Source: Mycolicibacterium smegmatis
GTDB lineage: Bacteria; Actinomycetota; Actinomycetes; Mycobacteriales; Mycobacteriaceae
DNA length: 32,000 nucleotides
Reading direction: 5' to 3'
Assembly (NCBI RefSeq): GCF_001457595.1
Contig: NZ_LN831039.1
Span: 4,260,001 to 4,292,000, forward strand
Within the stretch, counting starts at the first letter, position 1. Each line of letters begins with the position of its first letter. The translations under genes were made by a program, and so were the position numbers. Positions 10,232 through 18,412 of this stretch are shown here, one piece after another. Under the pieces are notes generated by a model that did no database searches, was not told the DNA's origin, and worked only from the letters and a program-made list of their open reading frames with translations.

Positions 10232-10497
10232 CCAACATCCAGCGTGGGCTCCTTCCGCCGGGCTGGGACAAGGTGGTCGAAGAAGATTCCTCGGACGAGT
10301 ACGACTGGGTGCCGCTGCGCCTGCCCCCTGACGTGACCAGGGTGAGCGCGAGCCTCCGGTTGTCGATCGAGGCCGAATACCGCGGCTGGGAACTGACCCG
10401 GGTCCGTGCCTACACAGACGGGAGCCGACGGGTGCTGCTGCGCCGAAAGAAGTCCGCCGCCACGATGCCGGGAACCCCGGACCAACCGGCCCTGTGA
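10228..10497 (+). CDS. DUF5703-like small protein
   Basis: Its 89 aa begin [74 protein letters not shown]. It overlaps the upstream stop (ATGA) and the pyrD start. Confidence 0.75.
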   Translation: MTNIQRGLLPPGWDKVVEEDSSDEYDWVPLRLPPDVTRVSASLRLSIEAEYRGWELTRVRAYTDGSRRVLLRRKKSAATMPGTPDQPAL

Positions 10498-11558
10498 TGT
10501 ACCGCGTACTGCGGCGGGCGCTGTTCCTCGCACCCGCCGAACGGGTCCATGTCTGGGTGTTCGCGCTGCTGCGGGCCGTCACCTGGGCCGCGCCGCTGCG
10601 CGCCGCACTCGCACGCCTGCTGGCGCCACGCGATCCGATCCTGGCCAGCACGGTGTTCGGTGTGCACTTCCCGGGACCGCTGGGACTCGCGGCCGGTTTC
10701 GACAAGAACGGCCGCGGTCTGGCCGCCTGGGGCGCGCTGGGCTTCGGCTACGCCGAGGTGGGCACCGTCACCGCGCAGCCCCAGCCGGGCAACCCGGCAC
10801 CCCGGCTGTTCCGGTTGCCCGACGATCACGCGCTGCTCAACCGCATGGGGTTCAACAACGAGGGCGCGGGCGCGCTCGCGCAGCGCCTGACCCGCGGGAA
10901 GTCCGACATCCCGATCGGGGTGAACATCGGCAAGACCAAGGTCACGCCCGCCGAGGAGGCCGTGGCCGATTACGTCACCAGCGCACGCCTGCTCAACAGC
11001 CTGGCGTCGTTCGTCGTCGTCAACGTCAGCTCCCCCAACACGCCGGGTTTGCGGGACCTGCAGGCCGTCGCCGCACTGCGACCCATCCTCGCCGCGGTCA
11101 AGGCCGAGACCACCAAACCGGTACTGGTGAAGATCGCCCCGGACCTGTCGGATTCCGACATCGACGAGATCGCGGACCTGGCAGTGGAACTGGGGTTGGC
11201 GGGCATCGTCGCCACCAACACCACGGTGTCGCGCGACGGCCTGCTCACGCCTGGCGTCGCCGACCTGGGGCCCGGCGGGATCTCCGGGCGCCCGGTGGCC
11301 CGCCGCTCGGCCGAGGTGCTGCGCAGGCTGTACCGGCGTGTGGGCGACAAACTCGTGCTGATCAGTGTCGGTGGTATCGAGACCGCCGACGACGCGTGGG
11401 AGCGCATCGTCTCGGGCGCCTCGCTGCTGCAGGGCTATACGGGTTTCATCTACGGCGGTGGCCTGTGGGCCAAGCACATTCACGACGGCATCGCCGGGCG
11501 GTTGCGCGCGTGCGGCTTCACCACGCTGAGCGAGGCTGTCGGATCAGCCGTGCGCTGA
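10494..11558 (+). CDS. pyrD: Quinone-dependent (class 2) dihydroorotate dehydrogenase
   Basis: The protein has [59 protein letters not shown] and [17 protein letters not shown]. The start is GTG 10494 or ATG 10497. Confidence 0.95.
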   Translation: MMYRVLRRALFLAPAERVHVWVFALLRAVTWAAPLRAALARLLAPRDPILASTVFGVHFPGPLGLAAGFDKNGRGLAAWGALGFGYAEVGTVTAQPQPGNPAPRLFRLPDDHALLNRMGFNNEGAGALAQRLTRGKSDIPIGVNIGKTKVTPAEEAVADYVTSARLLNSLASFVVVNVSSPNTPGLRDLQAVAALRPILAAVKAETTKPVLVKIAPDLSDSDIDEIADLAVELGLAGIVATNTTVSRDGLLTPGVADLGPGGISGRPVARRSAEVLRRLYRRVGDKLVLISVGGIETADDAWERIVSGASLLQGYTGFIYGGGLWAKHIHDGIAGRLRACGFTTLSEAVGSAVR

Positions 11559-11589
11559 CCCGACAGCCTCGAAAATCCTTGGTGCGCCG

Positions 11590-12111
11590 CTACTTCTGTT
11601 CGTAGGTGCCGTGGATGACCGCGCGGGCGATCGCGTGGCCGAACAGATTGAAGCCCAGATAGGCCGGCGTGGCGTTCTCCGGCAGGTCGAGCTTCTCGAC
11701 GTCGACGGCGTGGACCGCGATGTAGTAGCGGTGCGGTCCGTGGCCGGCCGGCGGCGCGGCGCCGATGTAGCGCTTGACGCTCGCGTCGTTGGCGAGCGTG
11801 ACGGCGCCGCCGGGCAGCGGGCTGCCGTCACCGGCACCCGCGGGCAGTTCGGTGACCGAGACGGGCAGGTCGGCGACCGCCCAGTGCCAGAAACCCGATG
11901 CAGTGGGCGCGTCGGGGTCGTAGATCGTGACGGCGAAGCTCTTGGTCTCCTCCGGGAAACCCGACCAGCTCAACTGCGGCGAGATGTCCGAGCCACCTGC
12001 GCCCATGATGCCGCTGACCTGATCGTTGGCGAGCGGCTGCCCGTCGCTGACCGACTCGGACGTGAGGGTGAAACTCGGCAGCTGCGGCAAGTTGTCGTAT
12101 GGACTGGTCAT
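11590..12111 (-). CDS. YbhB/YbcL family Raf kinase inhibitor-like protein (Rv2140c-like)
   Basis: The motifs [41 protein letters not shown] and [14 protein letters not shown] are typical of PEBP proteins. Confidence 0.93.
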   Translation of the reverse strand: MTSPYDNLPQLPSFTLTSESVSDGQPLANDQVSGIMGAGGSDISPQLSWSGFPEETKSFAVTIYDPDAPTASGFWHWAVADLPVSVTELPAGAGDGSPLPGGAVTLANDASVKRYIGAAPPAGHGPHRYYIAVHAVDVEKLDLPENATPAYLGFNLFGHAIARAVIHGTYEQK

Positions 12112-12147
12112 GTGATCCCTTTCCTCGTTCGTTCGGTCGGCATTGCG

Positions 12148-13500
12148 TCAGCAGTTCTGCAGGAAGTGTTCCAGAACACCCGCCCCGAATTGCAGCGCAT
12201 CCACCGGAACCCGCTCGTCCACACCGTGGAACAGCGCCGCGAAATCCAGATCCGGCGGCAGACGCAGCGGCGCGAAGCCGAAGCACCGAATACCCAAGCG
12301 CTGGAACGACTTCGCATCGGTGCCCGCCGACAGCATGTACGGCACGATGCGGGCCTCGGGATCCAGTGTCAGCACGCTGGCGTTCATCGCGTCGACCAGG
12401 TCGCCGTCGAACGAAGTCTCGTACGACGGCAGGTCGCGTTCCCACGAGCGCGTGACGTCGGGTCCGATCAGTTCGTCGACCTCGCGCTCGAACGCCTCCT
12501 TGCGGCCCGGCAGGACGCGGCAGTCGATCATGGCCTCGGCCACCGCGGGGATCACGTTGGCCTTGTAGCCGGCCTTGAGCATGGTGGGGTTGGCCGTGTC
12601 GCGCAGCGTCGCCGACACGATGCGGGCCACGCCGCCGAGCTTGGCGATGGTGCCCTCCAGGTCCGGTGAGTTCGGATCGAACGTGTACCCGGTCTCCTCG
12701 GCGACCGCGGTCAGGAACTCCTCCACCGCGGGACTGAGCACCAGCGGGAACTCGTGGCGGCCCAGGCGGTCCACCGCGCCCGCGATCGCGGTGACCGCGT
12801 TGTCGTCGTGCACCATCGACCCGTGCCCGGCGCGGCCGCGCGCCGTCAGCCGCATCCACGACAGGCCCTTCTCGGCGGTCTCGATGAGGTACAGGCGCCG
12901 CTCACCGCCGTCCTTGCGCGGCACGGTGAGCGAGAACCCGCCGACCTCGCCGATGGCCTCGGTGACGCCCTCGAACAGATCGGGACGGTTGTTCACCAGC
13001 CAGTCGGCGCCGTAGGTGCCGCCGTGCTCCTCGTCGGCGACGAACGCGAACACCAGGTCACGCGGCGGCACGATGCCCGCGCGCTTGAAGTGGCGGGCGA
13101 CCGCGAGGGTCATGCCGACCATGTCCTTCATGTCGACCGCCCCGCGTCCCCACACGTAGCCGTCCTTGACCGCCCCGGAGAACGGGTGCACGCTCCAGTC
13201 GGCCGGCTCGGCGGGCACCACGTCGAGGTGGCCGTGCACCATCAGCGCGCCGCGCGACGGGTCCGCGCCACGCAGCCTCGCGAACACGTTGCCCCGGCCC
13301 GGCGCGCCGGACTCGACGTACTCGGTCTCGTACCCGACCTCTTCGAGCTGCTGGGCCACCCAATGGGCACACTCTGCCTCACCTTTGGTGGTCGCCGGGT
13401 CCCCCGTGTTGGAGGTGTCGAACCTGATGAGCGCGCTGACGAGATCAACCACCTCGTCCGCACTGGCCGCGGAGACAGTCACAGTGACCATTCGTACCAT
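12148..13500 (-). CDS. M20 family metallopeptidase (Rv2141c-like)
   Basis: The protein contains LMVHGHLDVVPAEPADWSVHPFSGAVKDGYVWGRGAVDMKDM, FAFVADEEHGG and ILGTG/SAGTDAKSF-like features of M20 dipeptidases. Confidence 0.93.
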   Translation of the reverse strand: MVRMVTVTVSAASADEVVDLVSALIRFDTSNTGDPATTKGEAECAHWVAQQLEEVGYETEYVESGAPGRGNVFARLRGADPSRGALMVHGHLDVVPAEPADWSVHPFSGAVKDGYVWGRGAVDMKDMVGMTLAVARHFKRAGIVPPRDLVFAFVADEEHGGTYGADWLVNNRPDLFEGVTEAIGEVGGFSLTVPRKDGGERRLYLIETAEKGLSWMRLTARGRAGHGSMVHDDNAVTAIAGAVDRLGRHEFPLVLSPAVEEFLTAVAEETGYTFDPNSPDLEGTIAKLGGVARIVSATLRDTANPTMLKAGYKANVIPAVAEAMIDCRVLPGRKEAFEREVDELIGPDVTRSWERDLPSYETSFDGDLVDAMNASVLTLDPEARIVPYMLSAGTDAKSFQRLGIRCFGFAPLRLPPDLDFAALFHGVDERVPVDALQFGAGVLEHFLQNC

Positions 13501-13603
13501 TGCGGGCCGGTCCGGGGCTCCCGAGACGCCGTTCGGAGGTGTCCCAAGAGGTGCATCTGAGGCTTCCGGACCGGTTCCGCCCTGCCGGTTTGGGTTCCGG
13601 GGC

Positions 13604-13609
13604 TACAAT
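13604..13609 (+). promoter_or_regulatory. Candidate -10 element (TACAAT) upstream of the tRNA
   Basis: TACAAT lies 42 bp upstream of the tRNA-Leu 5' end. There is no convincing -35. Confidence 0.4.
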
Positions 13610-13650
13610 CCGTTAGCCTTAGGCGCCCAACCCGCGAGGGTGGGAAGCAG

Positions 13651-13736
13651 GTCCGAGTGGCGGAATGGCAGACGCGCTAGCTTGAGGTGCTAGTGCCCTA
13701 TTAACGGGCGTGGGGGTTCAAGTCCCCCCTCGGACA
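13651..13736 (+). tRNA. tRNA-Leu (anticodon GAG)
   Basis: The acceptor pair is GTCCGAG/CTCGGAC. The anticodon arm is CTAGC-TTGAGGT-GCTAG, giving anticodon GAG. The long type II variable arm is TGCCC-TATTAAC-GGGCG, and the T arm is GGGGG-TTCAAGT-CCCCC. CCA is not encoded. Confidence 0.96.
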
Positions 13737-13778
13737 CTCCTCGAAAATCTTCTCTCAGTGCAGACGGCCCCGGCCGTG

Positions 13779-15110
13779 TCAGTTGAGGCCACCGGCAGTC
13801 GCCACCACCCACGCGAGCTCGTCGTGGAAGATGTCGCTGTGCGCCCCGGACGGCCCGGCATCGGCCTTGACGACCTCTGACGCATCCAGGTTCAGGATCT
13901 TCCCTGCCTCGAACGGATACTGCGCCCCCACCGCGCCGAGGCCCAAGCTCTCCGATCGGAACGCCCCGTGTGAGCCCATCGCGCGCCACCGGAACAGTGG
14001 ATCGTCGAGGCCCGCGGCGTCGTCACCGACCGCGGCCGACGCAAGCGGGTAGAACGTGCTCAGAGCGCGGTCGTGGCGCGAAAAGCACACCGTGAGTGGG
14101 CCGTCGACGCGCCCGAGCAGCCCGGCGAGTGCTCCCGCCCCGTCCCGGAACGGCAGCCGGTCGATGAACGAGAACCGAGAGAACGCGCCCTGTAGCAGCG
14201 TGACCGATTTGACCGGCGACGGCTGGGCGCCGGACATGCCCGCCAGCGCGTAGCACACCAACCGTGCGCCGAAACTGTGCCCCACCAAGTGGATTCGCAA
14301 CCCCGGCGCGCTTCGGGCCAGTTTGTCGATGACGGGTCCGAGGCCGTTCTTGCCCACCACGCCCGCACGGTTCTTCATCTTCCAGTAGCTCAGCTGCCGC
14401 AGCGCCTCCTTGGCGCCGCGCCAAAGCTTGCCCGCGAAGTCGCCGAGCCCCGCTGCGCCGGTGCCGTCGTCACCGAACTGCACCCCCGCAGAGAGCAACT
14501 GGTCGGCGAAGGTGTTGAACAACTCGGCCGGATCCTGATCGTCGGCGACCATCCCCGGACCGTCCTGGGTGTCCTCGGTTTCGCCGTCGTCGAATCCGTC
14601 CGGCGTGGCCTTGTGGAAATCCTGCAGGGCCTCGAACAGATCGGGCACGGCGTCGACGTCGGGCGGTTGGGCGAGCAGCGCCGCGAGGGTGTCCAGTTGT
14701 TGCTCGGCCGTCGGGAACAGCTGCTTGAGTTCGGCGAGCTCCTGTGGGTCCAGGGCCGGGTTCCCGGCATCGGAGTCGGCAGCCACTTCACGAGCACCGC
14801 CGAGCGCGGCAGCGCCCTCGGCGCCGCCTGCGGGGGTGGCCGGGAAGTCCGGTATCGGCTCGTCCCGCCACAGCGTCGAGGGCCAGCGCACGCCCACGAA
14901 TCCCACGTTGCGCGCGGGGTCGAGGTGCGGTGCCAGCAGACGGAACCAGCGGTCGTACAACAACGTTGCGGCCGCCTCGTCGTTGTTCCAGCCGTGCGAG
15001 AAGATCACCAGATCGGTGAGACCTGGCAGCCGCTGCTCCAGATCGGTCAGCGTCATCGGATCGGGGTGGCCCTCGGCGTCGAACACCAGAGGGGCGATCT
15101 GGGCAGTCAT
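13779..15110 (-). CDS. Atypical alpha/beta hydrolase (serine hydrolase/lipase-like), second gene of a pair with a subtilase
   Basis: The protein starts MTAQIAPLVFDAEGHPDPMTLTDLEQRLPGLTDLVIFSHGWNND. It carries a nucleophile elbow (LRIHLVGHSFGARLVCYALAG), an Asp candidate (VCFSRHDRAL) and C-terminal His candidates (GPSGAHSDIFHDELAW). A long acidic low-complexity insert lies between the first strand and the nucleophile. Confidence 0.8.
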   Translation of the reverse strand: MTAQIAPLVFDAEGHPDPMTLTDLEQRLPGLTDLVIFSHGWNNDEAAATLLYDRWFRLLAPHLDPARNVGFVGVRWPSTLWRDEPIPDFPATPAGGAEGAAALGGAREVAADSDAGNPALDPQELAELKQLFPTAEQQLDTLAALLAQPPDVDAVPDLFEALQDFHKATPDGFDDGETEDTQDGPGMVADDQDPAELFNTFADQLLSAGVQFGDDGTGAAGLGDFAGKLWRGAKEALRQLSYWKMKNRAGVVGKNGLGPVIDKLARSAPGLRIHLVGHSFGARLVCYALAGMSGAQPSPVKSVTLLQGAFSRFSFIDRLPFRDGAGALAGLLGRVDGPLTVCFSRHDRALSTFYPLASAAVGDDAAGLDDPLFRWRAMGSHGAFRSESLGLGAVGAQYPFEAGKILNLDASEVVKADAGPSGAHSDIFHDELAWVVATAGGLN

Positions 15111-15125
15111 GTCATGCCTTTCTGG

Positions 15126-17000
15126 TCATACCGATTGCAGGGCACGCAGCAGGTCCACCAGACCGCTGCCCTGGAACGACCGGTCGCGTCCCAGCGACGT
15201 CGCGGACTCGGTGAAGATCCGCTTGACGGCCTCGGGCCTGCTGACGAATTCGCGTTGCACCGACAGGAACGCCGCGACCGCGCCCGACACATGCGGTGCG
15301 GCCATGCTGGTGCCGCTCTCCTCGATGTAGACCGGCACGCCGTCGGGCACGTCGATCTGGTTGGTCACGGTGCTGCGGCGCGTCCCGGCAGCCGCTGACG
15401 TGATGCGCTCGCCCGGTGCCACGAGGTCGGGTTTGGCGCGGCCGTCGCCGGTCGGCCCGCGCGACGAGAAGTACGAGACGCCGAATGTGTGCGGCGAACT
15501 GCGATGGGTGGATCCCACGGTGATGGCGCTCTCGGTGTTGCCGGGATCGTTGATGGTCATGTCGGCCGTGAACTTCATCGAGTCCTTGCTCGACGCGACG
15601 TTGAGCGACACATAGCCGGAGTTGCCTGCCGCGACCACCACGACGACACCCGAGCGCACGGTCTTGTCGACCTCCACGCACAGCGGGCTCTGGCCGCATG
15701 CGTACCACTTGGCGTCGAACGGATATCCCAGGCTGAGGTTGACGCCGTGGATTCGCGGCACGCGTTCGCTGCCTGCGTTGAGCTCCCGGACGTATGCCAG
15801 CGCCGCCATCACACGGCTGACCCTCGACACGTGATCACCGGGACCGAGCACCTTGAGGCTCACGAGCTTCGCCCTGGGCGCCATGCCCGCGAGCCGGTCG
15901 GGATCGACCTCGCGCGGCTGCATGATGGCATCGCCGCCTTCCGGGGCGTTGAGCCGTTTCTCGGCGACAACGACTTTGCCGGTCCAGCCGACGAGTCCGC
16001 CGGCGATGATGCCCGCGACGTGGGTGCCGTGCCCGTCGGTGTCGGTCAGCGGGGCTGCGCCACCGGTGAAATCGCGGTGGAGGTCTGCGACTGACGGGTG
16101 GTCGAGATTCTGGTGCGCGGCGAAGTGCGGATGCCTCTTTTCGATGCCCGAATCCACGACGGCCCATACGATTCCGTCGCCGAAACTGTCGAAGGACCGT
16201 TGCGCGGCGACCGCTTTGACGGTGCGTGAGGACGCATCGATCAACGGCTGTACCTCGAAGTCCGGCCAGATCCGGTAGATGGCGCGCGCCGGCCAGATCT
16301 GCGGCACCGCATCGGCGGACACCAACTGTTTGATCTGGGCCGCGGTCAGATCACCGACCATGAACTGATCGGCGAGGTCGCCCGGTTCCCCTGCCGCGCC
16401 GATCAGTGCCCACAGGTTCCGGACCCGATCTCTCGCCGCCTGCGCCGTCGGCTGGAACCCCAGGTTGAGCTCGATCATGATCGGAATCGGGCGCTCGTCG
16501 GGCACCTCGGCCATCCGCTCACGCAGCGGCGGTGTGACGACACCGGCGAGGACGGGATCGCGCCGTGGACGTTCGTCGCGTGCGGGCCGCGGGGTGAGGG
16601 CCCGCCCGGCCGGGACCGTCCTGGTCGTCTTCTCGGCTTCGCCGGCGTCCTGGGCACAGGCCCGTTCGGCCGCGCGGCGCCCGGACTCGGTCAACGCGAT
16701 CTCCTGGGGTCTGCCCTTGTTCTTCGCAATGAGCAGGCGGCGCCTGCGGAGTTGACGTACGGCGTCGTCGACGCGGTTGTGCCAGAACGGCCGGTTGTTC
16801 TCGTATTGACGGTCACGTTCGACGAACTCCGCCGCGTAACGCGCCGCCACGGCCTCTTTGAGGGTCGCGGCGTCCGTCGGGTGTTGCTCGAGGCCGTCAA
16901 GCGTGGCCAGTGCGCAAAGCACCCGCGACGGCCACCTCGATGACTCGGTCGAATCAGTCTCGTCCACAACGGCCCCCTCGGCACGGATCCGATGGCTCAT
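15126..17000 (-). CDS. S8 family serine peptidase (subtilase) with N-terminal winged-helix/Mrr_N-like region, no obvious signal peptide
   Basis: The full catalytic triad is visible: Asp in IVWAVVDSGIEKRHPHF, His in DTDGHGTHVAGIIAGG, Ser in EESGTSMAAPHVSGAVAAFL. The oxyanion motif is VVVVAAGNSG. The N-terminus has PFWHNRVDDAVRQLRRRRLLIAKNKGRPQEIALTESGRRAAE. Confidence 0.9.
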   Translation of the reverse strand: MSHRIRAEGAVVDETDSTESSRWPSRVLCALATLDGLEQHPTDAATLKEAVAARYAAEFVERDRQYENNRPFWHNRVDDAVRQLRRRRLLIAKNKGRPQEIALTESGRRAAERACAQDAGEAEKTTRTVPAGRALTPRPARDERPRRDPVLAGVVTPPLRERMAEVPDERPIPIMIELNLGFQPTAQAARDRVRNLWALIGAAGEPGDLADQFMVGDLTAAQIKQLVSADAVPQIWPARAIYRIWPDFEVQPLIDASSRTVKAVAAQRSFDSFGDGIVWAVVDSGIEKRHPHFAAHQNLDHPSVADLHRDFTGGAAPLTDTDGHGTHVAGIIAGGLVGWTGKVVVAEKRLNAPEGGDAIMQPREVDPDRLAGMAPRAKLVSLKVLGPGDHVSRVSRVMAALAYVRELNAGSERVPRIHGVNLSLGYPFDAKWYACGQSPLCVEVDKTVRSGVVVVVAAGNSGYVSLNVASSKDSMKFTADMTINDPGNTESAITVGSTHRSSPHTFGVSYFSSRGPTGDGRAKPDLVAPGERITSAAAGTRRSTVTNQIDVPDGVPVYIEESGTSMAAPHVSGAVAAFLSVQREFVSRPEAVKRIFTESATSLGRDRSFQGSGLVDLLRALQSV

Positions 17001-17296
17001 CGTGCAACGAGTGTGTTGTCGCGGACGTCGATTTCACATTTTCGCCGCAGCGAATTCCGCGGACGACGGAGCAACATCCCGTCGTGAAGTAGGCAGCTTT
17101 GCGAGAACGAGTAGTGCATTACTCATGTCATGCCGGCCTCTACGCACAAGAATCTTTCGGTGTGTGGCCGACGAATCCACGCGGGTGATACGTGAGCCGG
17201 TTGCGCCGTGAATCAAGGTGGGGTGACCGACGTTAATGAACAAGACGGTACGCAACGAGGCAGCCGACGGGTAACCGACAAGGAGCGCCGCTCACC

Positions 17297-18412
17297 ATGA
17301 CCGAAGCCGCAGACCGGACCACTCCGTGGCAGCAGCAGCCCATCCGCTACTCGGCGGATCTCGAGAAGCCCAGCCCCCGCGAACAGGCCGACATCGAGAA
17401 GATCATGGCGAAGCTGCTCAAGAACAACGAGCGCGCCTACGACAAGTACAAGCACGGCCTGCGTGACGCGCACGCCAAGAGCCACGCGATCCTGCGTGGC
17501 GAGCTGATCGTCAACGAGGGTCTTCCTCCTGAACTCGCGCAAGGCCTGTTCGCCGAACCGCGTACCTACCCGGTGATCGCGCGCCTGTCGAGCACGTCGG
17601 GCGTGCGGCGCAGCGACAAGACCCGCGGCGTGCGTGGTCTCGGTCTGAAAGTGCTTGGCGTACAGGGCGAAAAGATCCTTCCCGATGACTCGAGCACCAA
17701 CCAGGACTTCGTCATGGTGACCCACGAGGATTTCCTGTTCGCCGACGCGCACGCCTACGCCGGGCTGGGCATGATCACGGCGTCCCTGCTCGCGCGGCTC
17801 TCCGATCAGGCGCTGTGGCTCGGCAGCGGACTGCTGGACCTGGTCAGCAAGGCCGGAATCAAGCTGCCCGACAACCTGATGGTGTTCGTCGCGCCGAACC
17901 GGCCCATCCTGGGACTGGAGTTCTTCTCGTCGGCGCCGTTCCGCCACGGCGACCACGTCGCCAAGTACCGCTTCGCGCCCGCGTCGGAGAATGTGAAGGC
18001 TCTGTCCGGGCAACTGCTGCCCCGCAACCCGGCCCCCGAGCAGCACCGCGACATGATCGCCGAGTTCTTCGCCGATCAGACCGCGGAGTTCGACTTCAGC
18101 GCGCAGTTGTGCACCGACCCGGTGGCCATGCCGATCGAAGACGCCGGTAAGAACTGGGACAAGAGCATCTCGCCGTACGTCTCGGTGGCCAAGATCGTCT
18201 TCGGGCCGCAGAACCCCTACAGCGCCCTGCGTCGCGCCTACGGCGACGACGTACTGGCATTCAATTCATGGCGCGGGCTGGCCGAACACCGCCCGCTGGG
18301 CTCCATCAATCGTCTGAAGAAAACGGTTTACGAGTCGTCGGCCGATTACCGGCACCGCGTCAACAGAATCGACCGGCACGAACCGGTCGACATATCGGAG
18401 TTACCGGACTGA
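17297..18412 (+). CDS. Catalase family (heme-dependent, SrpA/y4iL-like) protein
   Basis: The protein contains RGELIVNEGLPPELAQGLFAEPRTYPVIARLSSTSGVRRSDKTRGVRGLGLKVLG, STNQDFVMVTHEDFLFAD and a C-terminal PYSALRRAYGDD, typical of the short catalase family. Confidence 0.85.
   Translation: MTEAADRTTPWQQQPIRYSADLEKPSPREQADIEKIMAKLLKNNERAYDKYKHGLRDAHAKSHAILRGELIVNEGLPPELAQGLFAEPRTYPVIARLSSTSGVRRSDKTRGVRGLGLKVLGVQGEKILPDDSSTNQDFVMVTHEDFLFADAHAYAGLGMITASLLARLSDQALWLGSGLLDLVSKAGIKLPDNLMVFVAPNRPILGLEFFSSAPFRHGDHVAKYRFAPASENVKALSGQLLPRNPAPEQHRDMIAEFFADQTAEFDFSAQLCTDPVAMPIEDAGKNWDKSISPYVSVAKIVFGPQNPYSALRRAYGDDVLAFNSWRGLAEHRPLGSINRLKKTVYESSADYRHRVNRIDRHEPVDISELPD

Noticed and set aside
12099-13560. Plus-strand ORFs opposite the M20 peptidase
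   Set aside because: They are spurious antisense frames. The M20 active-site motifs are on the minus strand.
13737-17000. Prophage or integrative element at the tRNA-Leu
   Set aside because: No integrase, recombinase, phage structural gene or duplicated tRNA 3' end was seen. Position next to a tRNA alone does not establish a mobile element.
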